Assembly: GCA_013265495.1 (NCBI GenBank)
Contig: MU057560.1
Coordinates: 818,753 to 882,752, forward strand
Source of the DNA: Vicugna vicugna
Lineage: Eukaryota
DNA length: 64,000 nt
Direction of reading: 5' to 3'
The notes under the pieces are model-generated. The model was not told where the DNA came from. It ran no database searches and was given only the letters and a program-made list of their open reading frames with translations. Shown in pieces: positions 1-10,928 of the stretch (position 1 is its first letter; the number at the start of each line of letters is the position of its first letter). The translations under genes and the position numbers were made by a program.

Positions 1-53
1 ACAACTGTCATGTTGTACTGTGCTCCTTGTTTGCTTAAATGTCCTTCTTCCCA

Positions 54-398
54 TGTGGTATGGACTGCATGTTTGTGCCCCCCAGAAATCCTATGCTGAA
101 ACTCTAGTTGCCAGTGTGATGGTGTTGGATGCTGGGCCTCTGGGAGGTGACTGGTTCCTGAGAGTGAGGCCTCCACGATGGGATTAGTGCCCCGGAAGGA
201 AGTGATTGCTTCTCTCCACTCTTTGCTAAGGGAGACACAAGAAGATGAGGTCCGCACACCAGGAAGAGGACTCTCTCCCCAGGAATGGAACTGGCTGCCC
301 TCGATTTGGACTTCCAGCTTCCAGAACCGTGAGATGTAAATTTTGGTCATTTAAACCTACAGTCTGTGGTAGTTCATAGCAGCTGGAGCAGATTGACA
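54..398 (+). mobile_element. MaLR LTR (MLT1A/B-like), solo and degraded
   Basis: MLT1 hallmarks: 5' TGTGGTATGGACTG..TTTGTGCCCCCCAGAAAT, 'atgggattagtgcc', 'ggacttccagcttccagaaccgtgaga', 3' 'ctgtggta...atagcagc...gaca'. Family assigned from recalled consensus. Confidence 0.8.
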
Positions 399-404
399 CC
401 ATGT

Positions 405-470
405 AACAGCAACACCACCGCCACCACCACCACCACCACAACACAACAACAACAACACAGTAATAATAGC
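405..470. repeat. Compound (CAC)n/(CAA)n/(TAA)n microsatellite
   Basis: Directly visible triplet runs; they produce the WWWWWW/VVVVV run in ORF 226..564. Confidence 0.9.
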
Positions 471-657
471 GGTGGTAAGCGTGGTCTCGCCTCCATTCAA
501 ATGAAAGCAAAAATCGAATTTCTGAGACTGAGATAAAAAACGTTTGCTTCAAATTCAGAAGCAATGAGATATTTTGTCATCGATTATTACAGATTCGCAG
601 GTAAACGACCAGCCCAACAAACTGCTTGCCATTCTCATTCCTCACAGATTGCTCCCT

Positions 658-818
658 ATTGACGTGCAGTTGATTCACAGCGTGTTAGTTTCTGGCGTAC
701 CGCACAGCGATTCAGTCACACACACACGCGTATATGTATGCATGCCTTTTCAGATTCTTTTTCATTATAGGCTATTACAAATTATTGAATATAGTTCCCT
801 GGGCTGTATGGTAGGACC
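658..818 (-). mobile_element. L1 3'-UTR end fragment (artiodactyl/camelid type)
   Basis: 'cagttgattcacagcgtgttagtttctgg...cagattctttttcattataggctattaca...tgaatatagttccctg' is the reverse of the L1 tail also seen at 58245-58460. Confidence 0.8.
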
Positions 819-899
819 CCTACAGATCTTAAATCTTAGAGTTCACAGAGAGAGCACATTCTGTCCCCCGAGGATGCCCCGAACCACCCTGACAACAGA

Positions 900-1330
900 T
901 GACACGCGGACTGTACTGTCGCAAGACCTCTCCCAGGCAGAGCAGGGCAGCGGGCGCGCGCGCGGGCTTCGGGAGCAGACGGTCCAGCCCGGAGTCCTGC
1001 TCCAGCCTCTTCCCGGCCGGCTGGCGTGGGCGAAGCCACGTGCCTTCCCGCGGCCTCAGCTTCCCCTGCCCGGGACGCTCTCTTTTCCGCACTAGGCAGA
1101 GCTCTCCTCTCACCCTTCTGCTGGGCTCTGCGGTCGTCCGCACGCTCCGTCCTTCCCTCCAGCACGCACCAGACTGGGTCCCTTCACTCCTCAGGGCTCA
1201 GGCCGCAGGAGCTAGAAACCCTCCTGGGGCCTCGCCTGATGCCCTGGCCTCATCCACTCAGCACTGCCTGCCGGCTCCGGCCCTCACTGGCACTCTGCCC
1301 AGGGACCCCCAGCACCGCATTTGCCCCCCC
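900..1330. promoter_or_regulatory. CpG-rich, island-like segment
   Basis: High GC with many CpGs (e.g. gcgggcgcgcgcgcgggc at ~950-968). No linked exon identified. Confidence 0.45.
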
Positions 1331-3399
1331 TTCCTGCCCCAGCCACCCACCAGCCACAGGAATCCCCTGCGAACACCTAAAATGAGAGCCAGTGGCAAAA
1401 TGTTCCCTGAGAGCATCAGAAATCTGTTGTCCTCCGTGCTGTGAGCTGAGATTTCTGGCACAACCCTCGGGGGAAGGCCCAGTTTCTATGTTCTCTGAGT
1501 AGCCAGGATCCAGGCAGACCTGCATTCTGTCTTTCTGCCCACCTGCATAGGTGCCTGAAACTCCACCCGACGTGTCACACCCACAGAGTCAGCCAAACCC
1601 TGTCCTGTGCCTGGGGTCCCGGGTCTGGGTCCTCTCTACCTAAAGGCTCTGCCTTATTGTTTGCAAGAATGAGCAGCGCTAACGGTGATGTGCATTCCAA
1701 CCAATGCAACTCAGACCTTCTGGATGGTGCTCCTGTCTCCTTAGCTGCTCACATAGTCAGACAGTTGCTGCACAACGTTATTCCCACGTGGAGGGTGTGC
1801 CTTTGAGTATCCTGCAATGCTTGTATCACTACCCTTTATATATATTAAAAAAAAATTGAACCCTCTTGAGCTTTGCTTTAAAACACTGCCCCCAGGGCCC
1901 TTTTCCATTTTGCTGTGGCAGAAGTTCTAGCCAGAAGGGGGCTCAAAGCCCTGCTCTGGCACTGGCTGTGGCAGCAACAGGTCCTTTGGATTCAGCCTCA
2001 GTAGCCCCGGCTCTGGAATGGGATCTGTAATGTGGACCTGCCTGTGGGCTTGTTTCAGGAAGAAAAAGCGTCAGATGTCTTAGGCATCTTAGCACGGTGT
2101 GCAGGCTAGCCCTATTAGCAACAGATGCTAGCTCTCTTCCACCACGCTCCGTTTGCAGTCTCCGTCTCCGCCCCTCCTTGTGTGTTTGTTTCTGTAAAGC
2201 ACTGTGTATGTTCAGTGCTCTTCATCCCTTCCCCCCAGCTCTGCAGAGGCCTGGGGAGTGAACCTAGTATGACTCTGTCCAGAGCACAGTATGGGTTAAG
2301 CACATGTTTGTTGACACAGATTAGTTTATAACCGTGGTTTTCAAGGTCTTAATCTGAAAGAATGAGTAATTCTAGGAATTTTAGCTCGGGGAGAGGGCCA
2401 TTAACAGAGATGAGGGAGATTTTCGGGAAAGAAAAACAACATTCAGTGGTTCTCAGTTCCTATCTGTAAGAAGCGATCTCCTCTGCCAAAATGTGAGAGT
2501 GGCAATCTAAAATATTCTGAAATCAATGACAGCGGGATTGGGTTTCTCCCAGAAAATTTGGGACCCTCTAGGTTTAATTTCTTCTCCAGGATTCTAAGCC
2601 TTCCCTTCCCCTTTGCTTTGCTCAGAGCATCTCTACAAAGCATGGAGGAAAGCAATCAGTCTGAATTACTCAGGAGCTGATTTGCCGTAACTCCCTTTGG
2701 CCTCTTTTCTGCCAGGGGATCTTTTGAAAACTGAGACAATGTGGTGGAAATATTTACTGAGAAGTGGTTTCTTGAACAAGAACTCAGTTATTACTTCCTG
2801 AAAGAAGCAGTTCCTTTAACATCATCCAGCATGGGGCTTCCGACTGTACCTCAAATTTGGGTGAAGAAAGGAGGGTTGTGTCCAAAAAGCAGCAGGAAAG
2901 TTTGATGCCTCCAGCATCATTCTTTCTGGATGCAGCCACAAAGGTGATGTTAAGATGTGATACCTTAATTCTGCTGTGATTGTGTAAACATTCATTTGAG
3001 ATGTGAATAATTTGTCGTTAGTAACAAATTACTATATATTCACCCTACAGCTCATCTTGGCACAGACTTTATCACTGAGATCTATGCTCTGGGCTCAAGA
3101 TTCCTTCCTCCTGAGATCTGACTACTTTCTTAGAACAGGAAAAGCAGACGTAAAAGATCCCCCAACACTGAGAGAAGCACCTGAGAGCCTTCCACTCTGG
3201 GCTCAGCTTCCCAAGATGTAACGGGAAAACCCTGTTACAGCAGCTGCAGCCTTTCTCCCTGTTTCTCTCCATCCCCCGCAGACAGAGCAGCAGAATAACG
3301 TGCAGACCTCAGCAGACCAAGATACCAGTGTTCAGAGTGTGTCACAGGGACTGGGGAACCTCACTAATAGAAGGTTAACTCATCTTCCAATGATCTTTC

Positions 3400-5135
3400 C
3401 ACGTTCACAGCTAAAGGCCATCTTTCCTATGAACAAAATGGTCAATGATCAGAAAAGAATAACAATCCCAAATATGTGTATGTGCAATAGCAGAGCTTCA
3501 AAACACATGGGGGAAATGTTAGAAGTTAAGGGACACATAGAATAGAGAAAAGGCAGACTCGTAGAATAGGTACAAGATGCATAAGGACGTAGAATATTGA
3601 ATGATGTCATCAATTGAATTAGTCTACTTGACAGTACAGGACAATACATCTAAAACTAGCAGAATACCTTATTTTCAAGTGCTCATTGATGAGTCACCAA
3701 GATAAAACATAGGCTGGGCCATCAAATAAACCCCAATAAATTTTGGGAAGTTTGAAATCTTACAGATTATGTTCTCTCATCACAAACACTTGAATTAGAA
3801 ATCAACAACATGAAAACAACCTAAATGTCCACTGAGGGATGACTGGATAAAGACGTTGTGGTATACTTATACAATGGAATACTACTCAGCCATGAAAAAG
3901 AATAAAATAATGCCATTTTCAGCAACATAGATGGACCTGGAGATTGTCATACTAAGTGAAGTAAGTCAGAAATGGAAAGAAAAATACCACATGATATCAC
4001 TCATATGTGAAATATTAAAAAAAAAGGCACACATGAACTTATTTACAAAACAGAAACAGACAGACAGAGAAAACATAGAAAACAAATTTACAGTTACCAA
4101 GGGGAGAGGGGGTGGGAAGGGATAAATTAAGACTTTGAGATTTGCAGATACTAATGACTGTTAATAAAATAGATAAACAACAAGTTTGTACTGTAGAGCA
4201 CAGGGAACTCTATTCAACACCTTGCGGTACCCTATAATGGAAAAGAACATCAAAACAAATATACGTGTGTATACATGTATGACTGAAACGTTATACTGTG
4301 CGCCAGAAATTGACACAACATTGTAAACTGACCATACTTCAAAAAAAATACAAAGGGAAAAAATAAAAATAAAAGATAAAAGTAAAATAGAAATATTTTA
4401 AAAATCATCAATTTCAGAAATAGAAAACAAAACCCTACAAATAGGAAAAAACACCTCACTTCACAATAATTCCTGCATCAAAGAAAAAAATCACCAAGAA
4501 GGAAAATCAAAAAATGTTTCAAACTAACTGAAAATTAAACAAAACATATAGTTATGTGGAGGATGTTCCTAAGGCAGACTTTAGAGGGAAAGTTATTCTC
4601 TAGATGTTTATACTGAAGAAAGTTTCAAAGAAGAATAAAAAATCTAAGATTACAGAGTAGAAGTTAGGGGAAAAATGTACAAATCATATCTAAAATAAGT
4701 AAGGAAAAAAATAATGGAAACTGAAATTAATGATATAGAATGCAAATAATATAAAAATTATCAAAGCTGAAATTTGGCTCTTTGAAAAGGTTGATAAGTT
4801 GAATATGCTGATCGAGAGTGAAAGAGAAGAAACACACAATGACTAGTGTCAGGAATGAGACGTGAGTACTAAGAATCCCATGAATATGAAAGTGTAACAG
4901 AGGGACATCAGCAATGTGTGCCAAAAAATGTGTGATGGACAAATTCCTTGAAAAACATAATTGACTAAACATGACACAAAAAGGATTAGAAAATTGGACT
5001 AAATTATAAGTATGGAAGAAGCTGAATTCATAACTACAACTCTTCCCACAAAGAATTCTCCAGACTTAGGTATCTTTGCTGCTAAATTTTGTCAAACACA
5101 TAGAGGATAAGAAATAAAAATCGTACAGAACATTC
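3400..5135 (+). mobile_element. Old L1 ORF2 remnant (endonuclease to just before the RT), interrupted by a younger L1 tail
   Basis: Degenerate ORF2 motifs: 'caccaagataaaacataggctgggccat', 'atggacaaattccttgaaaaacataa', 'cttcccacaaagaattctccagac' (LPTKKSPGPDG-like). Confidence 0.8.
3812..4390 (+). mobile_element. Young camelid-type L1 3' end (ORF2 C-terminus, 3' UTR, A-rich tail) nested in the older L1
   Basis: ORF 3931..4125 MDLEIVILSEVSQ is the L1 ORF2 end; 3' UTR closely resembles 21731-22218; A-rich tail from ~4341. Confidence 0.9.
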
Positions 5136-5139
5136 TCTC

Positions 5140-6775
5140 TAAGAACTTCTTATTAGTCTGTACAGACTTTTTATGTTTTCATGATTCAGTCTTGCTATTT
5201 TGTGCTTCTAGGAAATTACCCGTTTCTTCCAGGTTACCCAAATTGTCCAGAATTTTCTTTTATACTCCTTTGTATTTGTACATCATCAGTTATCATGTCC
5301 TCTTTCATTTCTGGCTTTAGTCATTTGAGTCTTCTCTCATTTTTTTCTTAGTTAATCTAACTAAGGGGTGGCCAATTTGATTGAACTTTAAAAAAAAATC
5401 AATTCAATGTTGTAGATTTTTTCCTATTGTCTTCTATTAATTATTTCATTTATCTCTGCCTTAATTTTTATTAATTTCTTCCTTCTGCTAGTGTTGGGCT
5501 TAATTTGTTCTTTTTCTAGTTTCTTAAGGTGTAAAGCTAGGTTGTTGATTCAAGATCTTTTTTCTCCTTTCATATATGCATTGACAGCTGCCTACTTCCT
5601 CCTTAGCACCGCTTCTGCTACATCTTGTAAGTTTTGATATGTTGTGTTTTCGTTCTCATGTGTCTATTTCATTTGTAATTTTCTAAATTCCTTTGTGACT
5701 TCTTTGACTCACCTGTTATTAACAGTATGTTAAACAACATATTATTTTTTGTTTTATCTATTTATTATTTATTTTATTTCCACATATTGTGAATTTGCTA
5801 GTTTTCCTTGTGCTATTGATTTCTAGTTAGATTTCATCGTGCTTGGAACAGACACTTCGCGTGATTTCAATCTTTCTGAAGAATATGTTATGACTTTCTT
5901 TCTGGCCTCATGTGTGGTCTATCATGCAGAATGTTCCACGTGCACTTGAGAAGAATTTATACTGTACTGTAGTTAGATGGAGTGCTCCATGTATGTCTGT
6001 TAGTACCAACTGGTCTATAGGGCTTTTCAAATTCAAGTTCTGTATTTCCTTATTGATCTTCTGACTGGTTGTTCTATCCATTATTGAAAGCAAAGTGTTT
6101 AAATTTCCTGCTAGTTTTATGTTGCTGTCTATTTCTTCCTTCAATTCTTTCTCATATATTTAGGAACTTGGAGGTTTGGTTGTAAATCTCCTTGGTTAAT
6201 TGCCCCTTTTATTATTATATAATGTCCTTCTTTGTCTCTAAAAGTTTTTGACTTACAGTCTATTTTATCTGACATTAGTACAGCTACTCTTGCTCTCCTG
6301 TGGTTAAATTTTGCATGAAATATCTTTTTCCATCTTTTCACCTTCAACCTGTGAATGTTATCAGATGTAAAGTGAGTCTCTTATACCCAGCACATAGTTG
6401 GATCCTGGTTTTTTGTTTGTTTGTTTGTTTGTTTTCAATCCATTCAGCCAGTCCATGTCTTTTGATTAGGGAAATTAATCCTTTTACATTTAAGACAATA
6501 ACTGATAGAGAGGAAGTTACTATTGCTATTCTGTTAATTATTTTATCTGTGTCTTGTAGCTTCTTTGTCTCTTACTGCCTTTCTTTGTGTTTCATTGAAT
6601 AGGCTTTCTATAGTGATATCCTTTCTTTTTTCTTTTTGTGTATATTCTATAGGTACTATCTTTGCGGTTATCACTGAGGTTATATAAAACATTTTAAAGT
6701 TTTAGCCTCCTACTTTAAACTGATAACCATTTAACTTCAATTACCTGCAAAAATTCTACTCTTTTACTTAATTTT
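5140..6775 (-). mobile_element. Antisense L1 fragment (upstream region plus ORF2 endonuclease domain)
   Basis: Minus ORFs 6141..6347 (KVKRWKKIFHA..RARVAVLMSDKIDCK) and 5908..6144 (GNLNTLLSIMDR..YKFFSSARGTF..IDH) are frameshifted L1 APE-endonuclease sequence. Confidence 0.9.
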
Positions 6776-6779
6776 ATTT

Positions 6780-8600
6780 TTATCTACCAATAACAAGTTA
6801 CTTAGAAAAGTTTAAAACATTCCATTTATAATGTCATCAAGAAAATGTAAAATTCATGATACTAAACAACAGACATGCAACAACTCTATTCTGTAAAGCA
6901 CAAAGCATTGCTGAGAGATATTTTCAAATGAGCTACATTAAGAGAGAGCTATTCCATGTTCATGGATTGGGAAATTCAATGTTGCTACAATGGCAATTTT
7001 TCCAAATTTGATCTATATACTCAACACATTCCCAGTCAAAATCTCAGTAAGTTATTTTTGTAGAAACTGACAAGTTGATTCCCTTTATATGTGAATGTAA
7101 AGTTTTTTTTTAAACCTAATATAATCTTAAAATGAAGAACAAAGTTGGAGGATGTACACTATCTGACATCAAGATTTATTAGATTACCTCACTAATCATG
7201 ACAATAAGTTCAGGATAGACAAATATATCAAGCAATAATGAGTCAACAAATTGACCCCTCACAGATGTATTCCACTGATTTTCAACAAAGGTTACAGGGC
7301 AATTCAGTAGGGGAGCCCAAAGCATTTTTATCATATGGTGCTGGGACAAATAGAGAAATAATTGTGTAAAAAACTAACTTGGCTTCTACCTCACATCATC
7401 ACATAATTGTATCACAACACAAAACATAACATTTCTAAAAATATATTTAAAAAAAAATGTTTGTGACCTTAGAGTAGGCAAAGCTTTCCTAGGTAAGACA
7501 TAAAAGTATTAGCTATAAAAGAAAAAATGATAAATTTGCATTCATAGAAATTAATAATGTTGGCTCATCAAAAATCTATTAGAAAGATAAAAAAATTAGT
7601 TGCAGACTGCAAAAAAATTCAAATGATAATACATCTAATTAGCAAAATATTTATATCCAGAATACACATAAAACTACAAATCAATAGCAAAAAGTAAGGC
7701 AAACCCAGTTAAAAATGGGTAAACTACTTAAATAGACATTTCACATGGAAATAACATGCATGAACAAAAAGCATCTGAAAAGAGGCTAACTATCATTAGT
7801 CTTCAAGGAAACATCGATTAGAACGATGTGGTTATATAAAGACTCACAGTTTCTGCTTGGCCAAAAATGCCATCAACCAAGTCCAAATGCAAATGACAAA
7901 CAGAAAAAAATGTATATATATTAAAAATTACAGGCAATGCCACTGCACACTCTCTAGAACAGCTAAAAACAAAAAGATTGAACATAAGCTGTTAAACAAC
8001 TGGAGCCCCTGATTGTTACTGGAAGGAGCAGCAAATGTTAAAAGCACTGGAAATTTGCCTGGTGTGTATATGTGTGCCAGCAACTGCACTTCTAAGCATT
8101 TATTTGAAAGAAATGAAAATCTATGCACACATAAGGACCTGAATAAAAATATTTGTAGCATCTTTGTTTACAATGCCCCAAATTAGTAACAACCAAAATG
8201 TCCATCAACCAAAGAATTCATAAAAAATTTAGAAGCAATTATTTGGACATATATACAGTGGAATGCTACTCGGCGATTTTTTTCAAAAAGAACTACTCAT
8301 ATTGGCAATATGGATGAATTCCGAAAATTTTGTCGTGTGCAAAATGTCAGGTATAAAATATACCTACACGATCCCCTTTATATGTAATTCAGAGCAGGCA
8401 AACTCCAGCTGTAGTCCCAGAGATCAGAAAGAATCCTGGTCATTGTGGAGCGAGGAAGCAGATTGTTGGCAGGCTTGAAAACTCTCTATTTTGACTGGCA
8501 TGATGATTACACAGGTGTGCACATAGGTATTTACATTCGTTAGAATTCATCAACTTGAAATTTAAGATCGGTGCATTTTACTCTAAGTATATTTTACACA
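6780..8600 (+). mobile_element. Old L1 ORF2 3' half and 3' UTR remnant (L1M-like)
   Basis: 'attccatgttcatggattgg', 'aacaaagttggaggat', 'aatagacatttcac', 'aaaatgtccatcaac', 'atatggatgaat' are diverged post-RT ORF2 and 3' motifs. Confidence 0.85.
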
Positions 8601-8759
8601 CCCACACGCACACACACATATTTAGATGATCACTTCATCAGAGCCCTGGCTCCTCCCCTGGTGCAGCCCACACACAAGCCTGGCTCTGGTTTTTAGCCCA
8701 ACGCCCAGAGGGTCTTTGTTCCTTTTCTCTCAAAAGAAGAAGCATCCAGTGATGGATGG

Positions 8760-8945
8760 GGGGTTGGCTCTGGGGTCCAGTCTGGTTTCACTTCTGTCTC
8801 AGTCACTTACTTACTGTGGGAATTAAGGCTCTTACTTAACCTCTCTGAGAGTAATTTTCCTCCTTTTCCGACAGTGGAAAGTAACGTCAAGCTCGTAGGC
8901 TTGTTGAGAGAATTAAAGCTGAGGAAAGCCTACGGATGGTGTTAG
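8760..8945 (+). mobile_element. MIR SINE fragment
   Basis: 'cacttacttactgtg...ttacttaacctctctgag...ttgttgagagaattaaa' resembles the MIR core. Confidence 0.6.
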
Positions 8946-9870
8946 CCTCTCTGAGGCTCAGAGGGCAGGTACCGCGTCCATTCCCTTGTCTACGCACAGA
9001 AACATGCAGATGAAAAAAGCTCTAAAAAACTCGTCTACTTTCAAGCTGCGACTTGAAAGAATTTTCTATTTACCCCATTCAAAATATTTCTCTAATTTTG
9101 CAACCTGTATTTATATTCCTCGGCGTGTGTACAGAATACCCACAATGACTTGGTCTCTGGTAGGAAGGAGCACTCGGCACACTCCTAACTTAGTCTTTCT
9201 GGTTAGCACTCCTCACCTCCTCTTCAGACAACAAGTACCAGCAGCTCAGAGCTGGTCGAGCGGGCTGTCAGGGAGATCATTGGGACATAACATGGTCTCC
9301 ACACAGACATGGGTTCATTTACTTCGTATGGATTATCTAACAAAGCAATGAGGAAGCAAAAACACGGACAGTTAATTGATAAAGTAGAAAAGATCAAACA
9401 CACTTCAGAGAGCAAAGCCAACCTTCCTTTTAACCATAGATGTTCCTAATTTGGAAACATCTGAAAATGATTTACTTGTGAGATGTTCAAGTTCAGGAAT
9501 GGAATATGGGCCTTTTCTAAAAACACTCTATCTGCATTGTGGTTTATAATGTAGGCATGTCAGAAATACTCTGTAAGAAGTTCTAGCAGGAGGAAAAGAC
9601 CATCTGGTCCATCATTCCGGACTCTCTGTTTTAGTTCAACCCTGCCTTCCTGCATTTTCACTCCGCCCTTTAATCCTTTCCTCTTCCAGGAAAAAGATCC
9701 AAGTGCTTATTGAATTCATTTATACTGTTGCCCTCAACGGCATTGTCTGGTAACCTCTTCCATATGTTTCTAAGCCTTCACTTTAAAATAAAAGAAAAGC
9801 TGCCTACCTTCCTTCAGTATTTCTGTCTGTTCAGTGTGTCAACTTTAGTCTTCAGTCTTAACTGTTCACC

Positions 9871-9872
9871 AA

Positions 9873-9915
<43 letters not shown>

Positions 9916-9916
9916 A
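9871..9916. repeat. (AATA)n microsatellite, about 11 copies
   Basis: Perfect tetranucleotide run. Confidence 0.95.
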
Positions 9917-10099
9917 TTGCTAACTCTTTGGTTTAGTTCATACAAAGCCCCTATTTTTTTTTAATTTCAATTTTTTCAATGACAGACCACTAAGGTCTTT
10001 CAAAATAATCTTATGACTTGACAAATTCATTCTACTCTCAGTTTTCCTGAAATGGAACATTTCCCTATGTAATACACAGCTGATGAGAAAACTGGCCCT

Positions 10100-10505
10100 G
10101 TGTATCAGTCAGCATAAGCTAAGTTGTGCTGCAGTAACAAACAGTCTGAATCTTTCATTGCTTAGAACAACACAAGATTTGTTTTCTGGCTCACAAGATA
10201 CATTTAATGTGGGTCAGCATTTGGGTTCTGCTCATCTCAGTCACTCTGGGGCCTTGGATAAAGGAGGTTCCCTCTCCACACATGCCACACAGATCACTCC
10301 ATCTGTGGGACAGAGATATGATGGATGCACACTGACTCTTAACTCTTCTCTTTGAAAAGTGAAACAGCTCTCTTTTGTTCATATTTTTCTGGCCAAAGCA
10401 GGTCATATTTCCACTTAATGTCAAAAGGGTGGAGAAGTATACTTTTTTTCCAGGAAGGAGGCATTCTGAGAGGATTTGGTGAATGGTTGTGCTGACTACC
10501 ATGCC
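10100..10505 (-). mobile_element. Old MaLR LTR (MLT1J/K-like)
   Basis: 'tcagcataagctaagttgtgctgcagtaacaaac' and 'tctggccaaagcaggtcat' resemble old MLT1 consensus read antisense. Confidence 0.55.
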
Positions 10506-10559
10506 AAGTGATGTTGACTAAATGGACCAGATACCCAAGCTGATACTGCTGGTTTGGGT

Positions 10560-10928
10560 ATTGCTTCATCCAGCTGAGCTGCTGTAATAAAATACTGTAA
10601 ACTGGATGGTGTACACATCAAACATTTATTTCTCAGTTCTGGAGGCTGGAAAGTTCAGCATCAAGGTGCCATCAGACCCAGTACCTGATGAGGACCTGCT
10701 TCCTGGATTGTGGGGGACCATCCTCTTGCTGTGTCCTCACAGGGTGGAGAGTAGAAGAAGTTGGCTCTCTGATGTCTCTTCTTATCAGAGCACAAATCCT
10801 ATTCATGGGATCTCCACCCTCATGGCCTAAGCACCTACCAAAGGTCCTCCTGCCAAATATCATTACTTCGGGGACTTAGGCTTCAATACAGGAATTTTGA
10901 AGGGACATAAACATTTGGTCCGTAGTAA
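10560..10928 (-). mobile_element. MaLR LTR (MLT1A-like)
   Basis: 'aacatttatttctcagttctggaggctggaaagttcagcatcaaggtgcc...gtgtcctcac...cctcatggcctaa...gggacataaacatttggtcc'. Confidence 0.85.

Noticed and set aside
574..1444. Overlapping 100-180-aa ORFs
   Set aside because: Partly antisense L1 tail and otherwise GC-rich stop-poor DNA; no recognisable domain.
5908..6347. Endonuclease-like ORFs as a gene
   Set aside because: Frameshifted L1 ORF2 remnants.
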